DNA of 64,000 nucleotides from Octopus vulgaris (Eukaryota): positions 13,392,001 through 13,456,000 of the forward strand of contig OX597834.1 of the NCBI GenBank assembly GCA_951406725.2, read 5' to 3'. Made by a program: the position numbers and the translations under genes. Below are positions 27,790 to 42,196 of the stretch, in pieces. Under the pieces are notes generated by a model, which saw only the letters and a program-made list of their open reading frames with translations, was not told the DNA's origin and did not search any database. Each line of letters begins with the position of its first letter. The stretch's first letter is position 1.

Positions 27790-28217
27790 AGGTTCGTGTT
27801 CCCAGCGGCTTCATCGTCCGTATAGCCGGCAAGGTTCATTGTTCCTCTCCTTCACTCGCAGTCGTGTGCCAGCTCTTCTGCAACATCCAAGGTGTCGCTG
27901 ATCCGATTTAGATCATCATTCATCATGTCCAGTCATGTGCTGCGGTCCCGGCTACCAGGCCACATAAAATCCGTAGGTGCTTCATGAGATAAAAGTAAAA
28001 ACCTTGGTAGCATGTATATAGCTGGAAACGAAGGATATGACCTGACCAGCGCATGAAGATTATAGCTATGAGTTGAAAGGCTGCGGGCTGATGTGTGCGC
28101 ACACGCAGTTCTTTGTTGTGAACGGAATGATATTATTGAAGTTTCAGTGGTTCTAAGGGCTCTACTATCCACCGTCGTCGAGAAAGGCTATATTTCTGCC
28201 CCATACAGGAACATGCT
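27790..28217 (-). pseudogene. RTE-clade LINE 3' remnant
   Basis: Minus-strand FLYGAEI* (cf. LLYGAETW) and WPGSRDRST*LDMMNDDLNRISDTLDVAEELAHDCE*RR (cf. RPRGRPRTRWxD..DL..LAxDRxxWR). Confidence 0.6.
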
Positions 28218-28244
28218 GGATATATATATATATATATATACAGA

Positions 28245-28284
<40 letters not shown>

Positions 28285-28385
28285 AGATAGACATTTAGAT
28301 AAGATGGTTAAATATATATATATATATATAATATAATATTATATATACATATGTATTTCTACCTCTGTTTCTTTCTGTATAAATG

Positions 28386-28512
<127 letters not shown>

Positions 28513-28923
28513 GGATAGATTCTATCAGAGTTATATCACTCAAAACGTCTCGTTTTATCTGAAGACTAAAATATTACGAATAATGTTTCGTCCATACAAC
28601 ACCAAATGTGATCCATAAGTTCGTGTGAAATTGCACACAAAATTCTATATCCGATTTCACATATTTGTGTCTGTGTTTCTGTGCATGTGTGTAATTATAT
28701 CATCTCACATAATGTCCTGTAAATACTTTCTAAGTTAACCGGCTTCAATGATGATTATCGTGACTAAAGTCTTTGATTAACACATCTAATAACAACCATT
28801 ATAAACTCACTCGTTTCATTATATCAAAGAACAATTCCCTATCACTGTCTCCCTCCTAAACCATTTCTTCCCTCTGTCTCTCTCTCTCTCTCTTCACTTT
28901 GCGCGTATATGTAAATATATAAA

Positions 28924-28966
<43 letters not shown>

Positions 28967-29083
28967 TGCATACATACACACATTCATACATATATGCATA
29001 CGTACATATAAACATATATATAGATAGATAGATACATTTTGCTCTTATCTATCTCTTCCTCAATCTCTCTCCTTATCTATAGT

Positions 29084-29164
<81 letters not shown>

Positions 29165-32100
29165 ATACATATACCTAGGTGTACAGCTATATTCTCACTT
29201 TTGTGTAAGAGCGTATCTGCATGTATGCGTGTTTATATATATTTCGATACATCTGTGTGTATGTACGTATTTATGTTATAACTATTACAATTTGGATTGA
29301 AATGAATTAAAAACGAAATAAAATATAATTCTCGAAACAAAAAATGTGTGATTGGCTAGTTAAGTTGTAGAATCTTCTGGAATCAATCAAAATCCATTCA
29401 TTTTCTGCTGCAGTTATAGCGGAGCTGATGCTGAATGCAGAATTTCGAAAACTATTCAAATGAATCAGGGATATAGAAGTTTAATCCGAAAATCAATTTA
29501 TTTCGCGGACAGAACAATTCTGTATCCAAGAAGTTATTGAACATTCGTAAAATTCATTTGAATGGCACCTAATGAGCGTACGGGCGTTTTATATTATTTT
29601 CTTGTATGATTTTGCTATCTTAATGTGTAGAAATACATTCATAATATTCTTGGGAAAAGATACAAAAAAAGAAGAATATCAAGGAAAATATCAAAATCAA
29701 TAAAAAGAAAACAAAAAAAAAATGAAAGAAAACAAAACTACAAAATCAGTAGCTGACGATAAAAGAAAACCAAACACTTAAAGAATTGCCTTCAGATATT
29801 ATATAAAGTTGAGATATTTCTCAGAATCTAAAATATAAAATGTTTAAGAATTTATATAATATAAACTAAAAATAAATATAGAAATAAAAGCTATCGTGAA
29901 AGCATTAATATATTATACAGTTGTTATTTACTTATGTGGTTTTTAATCATTTCTATAGTTATATTTATTTACTTATTCACGGCAAGGAGAATGGAATTTC
30001 CTTTCTCAAAATTCGTGTAAGGTAGAACTAAGGTAACCTATTAGGAAACCATTAGAGTTGTAATAGGTGAGTGTAATAGGTATCTAGGATATAAATGAAC
30101 GATGTATGATTACATAAAGATTCGATGCTTACTGTACATTAAATCAATTTCTGAACGAATTAACCTAATGTCTCATGGATATATTTTATTGTAAAGCTCT
30201 CTTCTTACTTTTGATGGGATTTCACACTTCAGCTATATAAAAAAAGTATGTATATATGAAGCAAGAAAATAAGACCTTTAGCGAGTTTCTACAGTAGTTA
30301 TTTTCGTGGGAAGGGGTGAGTCCGTGCTTTTAACCGAGCGATAATCACGTTTCGAATTCATTGCTAAACTGGTTAATAGGAAGGCGGAGAACTAGTTTGG
30401 AAAATAAAACCTCAAGCATTTCACTGATTCCATTATCTTCTTAATATCCTTACATTCTTTGAATTCGGTTCAGCTCCTCGGTGTATTTTGATCTCCTTGT
30501 AAATGTTCTTAGATATTACTTGCTCAGGTATATTTTTTATTCAATTTATTGAATCCAGTAATTATATGGTTTCCTTTGTTAGATTTTTAGAATCTCGGTT
30601 ACGTAATTCTCCACTACTTTTCTGCGATCGAAAGAAGAGGTAAAATATTTCTTTCCAACTACAAGACTTAAATTTGAATCACAGGTAAAGTACACGAATG
30701 TCGAAAGATTGTCGTACTTCGCTTAAAATTTTAGCATATATGAGGTTGATAGGATAGTATTATGTCGTAGGAGAATTAAATACAGTTTGGTGATAGACTC
30801 CTTTTAATCATATATTCAGCCCTCTCATTTGACATACTTAAATATATTTATCACTGAAATTCTTACAGTAATTTTCCAGTATATAGAATAGCATTCAGTT
30901 CACATGATACATAACTTCAGTATGATTACTTCCAGCTGTCTTCCTAAATTACCTTTGATTTCTGAAATTTTCATTTTCATTGCAGAAATGAAAACAAAAA
31001 CTTACAATTTCTTTTTTTTAATATCGGAAAGTACTCGCTAGTTGCTCTTCATTCGCTTTTCAGAAACATTAATTATGTTTCTGTCTATGACAGATATATG
31101 TATTCTGCTGAATCGGCACAGTTCATTTAGTGAAAGATGACATGTTGTCTGATATTCGTATTTTAGACATTGAGACATATTATAAGATGTCTGTTTTGAG
31201 ACATGGGCACTAATTGTTCGAATAGCAATAAGATTGTCAACACTTGTAAACTTGCAAAATGTGATTTATACTGAAGCAAGTAATGGTACATATGGAATCA
31301 CGGCCTGGTTGTAATCGTAATCTGCATAAATCTTGTTTCTCTTCGGAGTTATTAAACCTTAATTTGTTCAGCATTTCAAAACTATACATAGATTATTAGT
31401 AATTAAAACTACTTCAGAGAGAGACCTACATACATGCGTTTGACGGATTCGGTAGTTGAATATATTCCAGGATTTGTGATCAGCTTTTCGGTTAGACTGT
31501 AAATAATCTGTACACCGAGTTGGTATTTATTTCGTTCCACTATACGAAGGAAATACAATTCCTGAACGTTTATTCCGTAAGCTGATAATAGATTTTATCA
31601 TTCGTTTCTACCGGAAATGATTTTCTTTCAAATAGTGGTATCCTTTAGAATTACTTAACCAAGCCAGTGCATATTCATGGCATCAGAATTCTGAAAAGCT
31701 CCGTTGGAATAGCGGTCTCTATTCTAAACCCGACCGTGTACCATCATGCTTGAATCTGGATAAATATGAATGATGTTTCTACATCCATATTACCATTATA
31801 TCTTGCTTTAGTTAGTGCGCTCTTCATTATAATGTCACAGTTATTTCCTGCTTGACTACATCATTAATAAGCGTATCTCTAGATGTCATCACACCACTCC
31901 TCTTATATAAATACGTTTCTCTTAGAATACCGTGAGTGAGCTCTTATGTTGAAGGCCATTATATAAAATTTTATCCTGCTAGACATTGTGTCTCGTAATG
32001 AGACAATTATAATCATCGTCGTCGTCATCATATTAGTTGCCATTATATCGTTGTTGATGTCTTCGTACTTTATCTATGATTCAGATTTAAGTCTTGTAGT

Positions 32101-32647
32101 TGGAAAGAAATGTTTTCCTTCTTATTTCGATCGCAAGCTGTTCCAAGCCTCACGAAGCGATATAAATGAACAGTTACTGAAGGGTTAATTATGAGTTGCG
32201 ACGGTATATTTCAGCGAGGAAAGGAGATTAATTACTGAGAATCAAGACTCCATTAAGGGCTTCCTGTAATATTTGAGACTTTTAATGAAACTTTAAAAAC
32301 ACTTCATTTTCTTAGGGTTTTCTTATTATGCCCAAACTTCGATGACAATACTTACATTTCTCTTTCTATTTAGCACATTTACCAGAAATCTGTTTCGAGA
32401 TCTCTGAATGCAGTTACAAATCTTTTATCTGTAGTGCGATGAGATTAATATATGGATGAGCATACATGATTCATTGCTGTCATTTTTAACAGCAATATTG
32501 AGCATATTGGTCATCATAGACCGAGTAGTTTGAATGCTAAAACTGAATGCTAAAATTTAGTATTCAAAGATTCTGCCATTGTGCTTGGCTTATATTCCTT
32601 CCGTACATTTGAAACCGTTGATACAAACTAACATATATGATCCATTC

Positions 32648-33016
32648 GTGGAGGCGCAATGGCCCAGTGGTTAGGGCAGCGAACTCGCGGTCTCGATTCC
32701 CAGACCGGGCGTTGTGAGTGTTTATTGAGCGAAAACACCTAAAGGTCCACGAGGCTCCGGCAGGGATGGTGATGATCCCTGCTGTACTCTTTCACCACAA
32801 CTTTCTCTCACTCTTACTTCCTGTTTCTGTGGTACCTGCATTTCAAAGGACCGGCCTTGTCACTCTCTGTGTCACGCTGAATATCCCCGAGAACTACGTT
32901 AAGGGTACACGTGTCTGTGGAGTGCTCAGCCACTTACACGTTAATTTCACGAGCAGGCTGTTCCGTTGATTCGGATCAACCGGAACCCTCGTCGTCGTAA
33001 CCGACGGAGTGCTTCC
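32648..33016 (+). mobile_element. SINE family C with ~10-bp TSD
   Basis: TSD ATATGATCCA at 32635-32644 and 33018-33027; tail ACCCTCGTCGTCGTAACCGACGGAGTGCTTCC. Confidence 0.93.
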
Positions 33017-33360
33017 CATATGATCCAGTGCGTATATAGACCAAGATAATCATGGCGATTAGACTACTTAGATGAGGCTAACGAAGAGGGGTCAGACAAG
33101 AGGTAGTGAATAATTTCATTGGTTGTCCAACAAAAGTGACAGGAATGACCACTGCCAATTTTAAGAAAGGCAGCTCGATAATTTCTCGGACAGGGATAGG
33201 TCTTGAGCTGGTGAAATGTAACACATTACTTCTGATTTAAGTCTAGATCTAACAAACCACTGATTGCACAGATTTGTGCTAACATGAGGATCGCCCACCC
33301 AGGTACATATTTTCCCGTATAATGCGTTACTTTTCCATTTATTATTTAGTTCTAAATTAT

Positions 33361-33547
33361 TGGTAGAACGGACAAAATGCTTAGCCTCAATTCCTTCGGT
33401 TTAACTTATCGACTTCAAATTCCACCGAGTTTGAGTTCGCTTTTCATCATTTCGCGGTCAATAAAATAAGTACCAGTTGATCATTGAGCCGATATGATCG
33501 ACTAAACCCTCCCCCAAATTGCTGGGTTTATGGCTATAATAGAAAGG

Positions 33548-33553
<6 letters not shown>
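33361..33553 (+). mobile_element. Older SINE family B variant
   Basis: CAAAATGCTTAGC..TTCAAATTCCACCGAG..GCTTTTCATCATTTCGCGGTCAATAAAATAAGTACCAG, ending in (ATT)n. Confidence 0.7.
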
Positions 33554-33597
<44 letters not shown>

Positions 33598-33670
33598 TGT
33601 TGTTGTTGTTATTATTATTAGTAGTAATAGTAGTAGTAGTAGCATTATTATTATTATTATTATTATTATT

Positions 33671-34211
<541 letters not shown>

Positions 34212-35132
34212 TGCAGCAGCAGCAGTGACAACAGCAGCAGTTATGGTAGTAGTAATAAGTATTAGTAGTGATAATTTTAAAATATTATACTCCTGATGGC
34301 TTTTCCATTGATTTCATTTAACTAAAGAAATCCCTCTTCTGAACAAGCCAAAAATCGTATTTAGAAGAAAGTCGTTAAAATAAATGTGATTTGGGTTATA
34401 ACAAAACCGTTAATGTTATCACACTTAAAAACGCAACGTAAAAATATTACCCGTATTCCTTTCTTTTCATATTGAAATAAAACCATTCAAGTAATATAAA
34501 AATAATACCTTGAATTTCCTCTTAATAATCATTTTCGACCTCACCTTGTTTATCCTCAGAATACTCATTTATATAACATCGCTGCTAAAAGTATCGCCTG
34601 TCATTATATTGTAAAATTGATTATTTCCCATTTTCACCTCCAGAATAACCTACAATTTTTTTGTTAGTGGCTTCGTGCCAAAAATGAATAAAACAACTTC
34701 CTTACACTTGTATAACGATAAATATGTCAAAAACAATTGTTTGTTTTTTCTTTCTTACTTTCAATTCATATAACAGTTTATGGCTATGAAAATGTAAATC
34801 TTATCACCAACAGATTGAAACACCAACGGTCCATTGAAACAGTGCTTTAGATATCATTTTATCTTCTGGTATATAATACAGCAACAAGACATTCATACGG
34901 AAGAGAATTTAAAATATATAATTTTTTTTTTTGCGTATTGTCTAAGCGCTAGTATTCAGGTGTTTTCTTCTAGCGGTAAGTTCCTGTTTAACACAAATAT
35001 AACACCTAGCTGTATTTCAGAATTAAAGTATATAGATTTCTCTGTCGAGATACCTTACCCCGAAATGCCACTATGCAATTATATGCATTATTGTAATCCA
35101 CATTTAAAACGTATGTAGAGCAAAGCAGACAT

Positions 35133-35450
35133 AATACGATGAACGTCGCCCTTTTCAAGCCTAGCCAGGCCCATGGGCTCGGTTTCCCAGGTTCTGTGGC
35201 GTATGTGTTCCCCCCAGCTGGACGGGACGCCAGTCCATTGCAGCGTTACTCAAGAAACAACAAGAGAGAGAGTGAGAGAAAGTTGTGGTGAAAGAGTACA
35301 ACAGGGGTCGCCACCACCCCCTGTCGGGGCCTCGTGGAGCTTTTATGTGTTTTCGCTCAATAAACACACACAACGCCCGGTCCGGGAATCGAAACCACGA
35401 TCCTCCGACCGCAACTCCGCTGCCCTAACCACTGGGTCATTGCGCCTCCA
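35133..35450 (-). mobile_element. SINE, family C head with V-like tail variant, 12-bp TSD
   Basis: TSD CAAAGCAGACAT at 35121-35132 and 35451-35462. Confidence 0.9.
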
Positions 35451-35838
35451 CAAAGCAGACATGCTTCACAAAAAAATCCAGTTCCATGACCAGACGAAGG
35501 AGCCCGCATATATGTTGTTCTTTTATAGTCCAAGATAAGTCCGCGACGTGTGTTATGATTAAATCATCCAGTCATATAATCAAGCGACATTTGGCTGCAG
35601 TTGTATGCAAATCAAGATATTACGTACAAGTGGCGATTTGCTAGCAGAATGAGTTTGATTTCACTCGTGTTTGTAAATCGTAAAATAATATATTATTTTA
35701 CTTACTACTACATGACACAAAATGTGAAATTGCAAATAAAAAATGATCATGATTCATGGAGAGAAATTCTCATCCACGACTTCATGTTTAAAATATTAAT
35801 CATAACATCTATGAATTTAACCTGTGATATATATGTTA

Positions 35839-36143
35839 CTAGCAGCATCGCCCGGCGTTTCTCGGGTTTGTAAGGGAAATAACTATATAATCATTTTTAG
35901 AGAGTTACTTCCCTTATAAAACCCGAGCAAAAATCATTAAAAATGCGGGAAAATGATGGTAATTTTTTAAAAATCGTAAACTCATCGTAGACGCGCGCTA
36001 AAACCCAGAAGGGCTCGATATGAATGACGACTATAAGATAACCGCTTTTAGTTAAACTGCACCGCAAAATGTGAGAGTAGTTAGGAATCTAATTCGGAGG
36101 AGACAGAGTCTCACACACACAACATAAATTTTATATATAAAGA
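35839..36143 (-). mobile_element. Non-autonomous Helitron
   Basis: Minus strand begins TCTTTATATATAAAA and ends with the hairpin ACCCGAG-AAAC-GCCGGGC then CTAG; inserted between A and T with no TSD; second copy at 41925-42196. Confidence 0.85.
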
Positions 36144-36443
36144 TTGTACAGTGTCAAATCGGGAAGCATAGAACCATGTCAAGCTCAACCTCAATGTGGG
36201 AATTTATGTAATGGCCCAATAACCAAGTAAAAGGCAATTGTCTACTCTACGAAATATAGTAAGAGAATGTGTGCACACAGATGGACATAACGAGCTCAGG
36301 AACAGTATGAACTAGATGGAATCATACATAGCTCTCACCGTAATGAAGTGATCAAGTTTCACAGCAAATAATTTTTTCCTTTGATTTATGTTTCAGATTG
36401 AATCTTTCAATACACAAATTACATACACGTGCAATTTATTAAA

Positions 36444-36764
36444 GACTCCGCCGGTTACGACGACGAGGGTCCCAGCTGATACGATCAACGGAACAGCTTG
36501 CTCGTGAAATTAACGTGCAAATGGCTGAGCATTCCACAGACACGTGTACCCTTAACGTAGTTCTCGGGGATAATCAGCGTGACACAGAGAGTGACAAGGC
36601 TGACCCTTTGAAATACAAGTACAACTCATTTTTGCCAGCTGAGTGGACTGGAGCAACGTGAAATAAAGTGTCTTGCTCAAGGACACAACGCGTCGCCGGG
36701 AATCGAACTCACAACCTTACGATCATGAGCCGAATGCCCTAACCACTAAGCCACGAGCCCTCAC
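36444..36764 (-). mobile_element. SINE with CORE-like head and family C tail, 14-bp TSD
   Basis: TSD TGCAATTTATTAAA at 36430-36443 and 36765-36778; head GTGTCCTTGAGCAAGACACTTTATTTCAC (CORE-like); 3' ~180 bp shared with family C. Confidence 0.9.
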
Positions 36765-37384
36765 TGCAATTTATTAAAATCGTATGATACATCAGAAGCT
36801 TGCGAAAATCAGATAATTATGTGAAAATTATGTTAGCAATTAAGTACGTTTTCAAAGTCGTGACATAGCTTTCATTCAACAATTTACTAATAAATATTTC
36901 ATTTCACTGACTGAAATGAACAAAATATCGAAATGAAAATAAATAAATTCTATATTAATCATTGTAGTGTGACAATATATTGTACAAATGTAAGTTCAAT
37001 AATCGTTTTTAAAATTATTTAAAAATCAACGTGTATTCAGGTTGATACATTAATAAGTTTTTATTTCAATAGTGAACACATAAATCTAAACCATAATTAC
37101 ATTTATAATGTTGCAATTAGGAAATCAGAAATGTACGATATATATATGCAAGTGTGTGGTGGTGGGGGGAGCTAAAAGAATTAGAAAAACAGGAGCAGAA
37201 ACATGAGATGTTGAGTCGCTGAAGAAGCCACAGGATGTAGGATGAGTACCGAAAGATTTTCAGATAGGGGATAGTAAAGAAGGAACAATACTTAATCAGA
37301 AGGAAAAATCGAATAACTAGTGCTTGTGTGTGCGTGTGCGTCTTTATGAGCATGTGTGTGTGTATAAATATATATATGTGCATA

Positions 37385-37456
<72 letters not shown>

Positions 37457-38765
37457 CACACATACACATATATATAGAGACACACAAAAACTGACACTTA
37501 TAAACGCATCTTTACATGGCAGCGTTTTTCATGCAAAGAATATTTACCTTACTCGCTATATTGGCGTTTTAGAAATTGTAGCGTGATTTACCCTAAGCAA
37601 TACTTACAGGCTAAGAATAAGAAAGGCTGGGTATCGATACCACTATTCAATGCACTGAAATGATATTTCGTAAACAAAATGCTAATAAATAAAATTACTT
37701 TTACTTATTGATATTCTCATCTACTTAACAATACAAATGGATTTCTATCTTCGACTTTTACACCAAAATACCTGTACGCATAGTCAAAACACAAACTGAA
37801 TCCAAAAGAAATTTAAGTCCGATGTAGTGTTTAATGATATTTGAAATAGTTTAATCTATAATGAATTGTATCCTGTAAGATATATGTACCTACACAAAAG
37901 TTATGTAAATAAATAATGAAAAAGTTAACTTGAGCATAATACTAACGCAGAAGAATCGAATAAATTTCAGCATTGGAGAAATATATATAATATTTTGTGA
38001 GCTGAAAAAGATTTATGTGCTAACGCCCGCTTCTACTATTTGCTTTGATGGTTTTTAACATGTTTTACAATAACAAACTGAATTTCTATTGAGTTTTATG
38101 AGCATTAAAGAAATGCAGTCAAATTTTTTGCGTATACATAAGGAAATCTATACCTACTTACAAGTTATCTCAAATCTATTGATAGGAAAAGGTCAGTTTT
38201 GGATCAACAAACGTAAATGTAATGTGCCAGACAGCCATATTTTCTTTGATTTGAAATCAAATATATTCAAAGGCCCAAAAATTAGATACGATTTAAAATA
38301 TAAATATATTACGTTCTGGGAAATTATAGAGATAAAAATCGGAAATTTAGAATCCAACGATTTTTAATATTTGAGGCAAAAATAAATGAAGTGTAATTAT
38401 ATGATAAAAGTTATTCCGATATTTAAATATATATAGAATGTTAATAATTCTCCTGAAATCTTATGTACGTATATCCGTTTTGGAATATTAAATAATGTTC
38501 ACTTTTAGCTACATTATCGTTATATTGCATATTTCTGTACTTTTTGCAAATACTAACATAACGTACAGGAAAACAGGAACATACGCCCACGAATTCCTTG
38601 ATACGTAACTGAAAGACAAGAGAAACAGACACGCACACACACACACGCACACACGCACGCACAGACAGCACAAACGTATATCGGTTAGGTTGTGTTGTGC
38701 ATTTCTCTTCGGTTCTACAATGTAATGAGACGTCCTTGAGGCTGGGCCATTTGTTGATGCGAAAC

Positions 38766-38823
<58 letters not shown>

Positions 38824-39512
38824 GTAGTGGCTGTGTGGTAAGTAGCTTGCTTACCAACCACATGGTTCCGGGTTCAGTCCCACTGCGTGGCACCTTGGTC
38901 AAGTGTCTTCTAATGTAGCCTCGGGCCGACCAAAGCCTTGTGAGTGGATTTGGTAGACGGAAACTGAAAGAAGCCTGTCGTATATATGCGGCGAGCTGGT
39001 AAAGGCGGCGAGCTGGTAAAGGCGGCGAGCTGGTAAAGGCGGCGAGCTGGTAGAAACGTTAGCACGCCGGGCGAAATTCGTAGCCGTATTTCGTCTGTCG
39101 TTACGTTCCGAGTTCAAATTCCGCCGAGGTCGACTTTGCCTTTCATCCTTTCGGGGTCGATAAATTAAGTACCAGTTACGCACTGGGGTCGATGTAGTCG
39201 ACGTAATCCCTTTGTCTGTCCTTGTTTGTCCCCTCTGTGTTTACCCCCTTGTGGGTAGTAAAGAAATATATATATATATATATGTGTGTGTGTATGTTTG
39301 TGTGTCTGTGTTTGTCCCCTTAGCATCGCTTGACAACCGATGCTGGTGTGTTTATGTCCCCGTTACTTAGCGGTTCTGCAAAAAAGACCGATAGAATAAG
39401 TACTGGGCTTACAAAGAATAAGTCCTGGGGTCGATTTGCTCGACTAAAGGCGGTGCTCCAGCATGGCCGCAGTCAAATGACTGAAACAAGTAAAAGAGTA
39501 AAAGAGTAAAGA

Positions 39513-39513
<1 letters not shown>
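38824..39513 (+). mobile_element. SINE family A split by a nested family B SINE
   Basis: 5' half 38824-38987 and 3' half ~39270-39513 flank the insert. Confidence 0.92.
38988..39268 (+). mobile_element. SINE family B with a four-fold 17-bp 5' repeat, nested in SINE A
   Basis: GGCGGCGAGCTGGTAAA-type unit x4 (38988-39051) followed by a normal body. Confidence 0.92.
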
Positions 39514-39551
<38 letters not shown>

Positions 39552-40121
39552 CGAAGGTAAATAGATAAGGATATGTATAAACGTATGCATATCCTCACAC
39601 CCTAATATATAATACACACTGACATACATACATACATACATACATATATACAATATTAATTATTACTGTCAATCCTGTAATGCAACGCCGTTCACATTTG
39701 GCTTCAGAATAATTCATGCTACAATTAACATTTCTTTATATATCTGACTAGTAATTCGCTCCCACTTTCCAACTCGATTATTTCTATTTCTCTAAGAAGA
39801 CATATGATATTCAATGTAGCGTTCATTCATTTTAAAAATAGGAACATGCATAGTTTGATTTCAATCTTTAAATACTTGCCAATGTAAATGTGTGTCTGAT
39901 AATGCTGCGCAGAAAATTACTATAAATAAGTCTTCGCATGAAAAGGTGCACTTCCAGGAAACACTTTGGTGTCATAATGTTCATTAACGATATTGAATAA
40001 TTATCCTCGAATTAATAAATATCCTCGTTATTATCATTGTCATCGTTCTCATCATCGGTGTTGTGATCGTCATCCATCATCACTAACAACGGAATATTTT
40101 ATTTATTTTTAAAAAATTATA

Positions 40122-40164
40122 TCTAGTTTCAGCTCACGAGCTGTGGCCATGGTGGGGCACCGCC
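40122..40164 (-). mobile_element. Isolated 3' tail fragment related to SINE A
   Basis: TCTAGTTTCAGCTCACGAGCTGTGGCCATGGTGGGGCACCGCC resembles the reverse complement of GGCGGTGCTCCAGCATGGCCGCAG..CTGAAAC. Confidence 0.55.
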
Positions 40165-41452
40165 ATTACATATGATGATGAATATCATAAACTTCATCAA
40201 AATTTTCCCAGCGTAATTTTTTTTTCTTCTATGTATAGAATACAGTGGCTTTAGTTGTTTGCAAGGAGTACGAAGGTTTTGAAAAGAAAGAAGATAAGAA
40301 CATTTCTTCAAACCGCAGATCAGGATCTAATTCCTGGCAGCATCGCTATAGACGTATGTGACGCCAGGGTATAATGTTAAACCGGTGACAGCTTACATCT
40401 GCCGCGAAAGTAGTCTATGCTGAGATTTGAATTCAAAGTGCAAAGAACCAGGATATATACCATTGTATTAAATATCCGTTCCATCGTCCCGCTAATCTAT
40501 TTCGTTACAGACTTACATGCTGCTCGAGTGTAAAGTTAAACCGAGTGACCTCTTAGATATGCCGCAAAAGTAGGTAGTATTGGGATTATACTTAAAAATA
40601 AATAAAAAAAAAGGACACATTGCATCCGTTCCAACGTTCTTAAATTGTCGCTAATCTACTGTCGTGGACTTTAATCTCGTCGACCTTCAAAGAATGAAAT
40701 GCAGGTTATATATCAGCTTTATTTGAAACGAAATCACGAAGAATAAATGGATAATCCTACATTCTATGAGTTCTAGGAAATATCTATTATGAGCAATAGA
40801 ATTGTAAATGACAAGAAAATATTGTTCTTAGTGACTCGATATCCTACTTTTGGAAAGCGATTCTTTAATAATCATAACATAACATCTTCCTTAATTATAT
40901 AAACTTTGGAGAAAAATTGTTCTAAATATTTGAGGATTACGAAACAAAATGGGATGATCACGGGTGGGAAATAGATGTTTGTACTTCATAATCCGGCTTA
41001 CTGTGGTATTAGATTTCAATCGGCGATATCACCATTATCATAGTCCTCATAATCAGAGCCTTTACAGCATCGATTTTCCTGTTACAAACTTCAAGTGCAT
41101 TACGATAAAATAAGCCTCAATTATGTTATAAGAAGTCATGTCCCAGGGATATTGTGTTTCCAGATAAATTAGGTCCTGGTTACAAAATGGGTGGGATAGG
41201 CATGGATAGAAACCCTTTGATCAAATGTCTTGTAGATCAAAGGAAACATCGGTTTAAGCAAAAACAGTAATCTCCAGAGCATTGTAGATTAAGGTTATTG
41301 GTAGATTATGTAATTCTCTGTGTAGAAGCTTGATCCTGATATTAAATACGGTGTTTGTTGCTAGGCACCATTTTGTGTAACTGAAGAATATGAAATCTAT
41401 GTGCATGCGTTTATGATGTATGTATATATATATATATATGCATATATGCATG

Positions 41453-41531
<79 letters not shown>

Positions 41532-41924
41532 CATACACATACACACACACATCACACAAACTACACACGCACACATACGCACGCACACAATCATACGTAC
41601 ACACACACGCACGGGCACGGACACATTTCGAATAGAAATAATATCTACAATTATTGCGCCATGACACTGTTGGTTCGTGCAATTGATGATACGTTCGACA
41701 TTAACTAATGTTGCAAGATATTGTTTTAATTCCCGCTCATCACTAATTTCATCTCTCTGCCTTTGACTGTCTGCCTGTCTGTCTGTCTGTCTTTCTGACT
41801 GCCTGTCTCTATCTCTTTCTCGCCCTCTCTCTACATATGTATAAGTATACCTGTGTGTATATATATATAAACATATATATATATATATATATATATACAC
41901 TCATATATATATATATACATATAT

Positions 41925-42196
41925 AACCCGTTGCTCGTGTTTGTAAGGGAATAACTATATAAGCATTTTTAGAGAGTTATTTCCCTTATATAATAGCAAA
42001 AAATGGGACGAAATGATGGTAAATTTGTTTTTAAATCGTAGACTCATCGTAGACGCGTGCTAATACCCAGAAGGGCTCGATATGAATCACGACTATAAGA
42101 TACCCGCTTTTGGTTAAACTGCACCTAAAATGTGGGAGTAGTTAGGAATCTAAATCGTAGGAGACAGACACATAACTTCATTTTTATATATAAAGA
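41925..42196 (-). mobile_element. Non-autonomous Helitron, second copy, 3' CTAG end lost
   Basis: Colinear and highly similar to 35855-36143. Confidence 0.85.

Noticed and set aside
29280-32640. 3.3-kb repeat-poor interval as a possible gene or regulatory region
   Set aside because: No ORF, motif or structure identifiable by eye; cross-species alignment or RNA-seq would be needed
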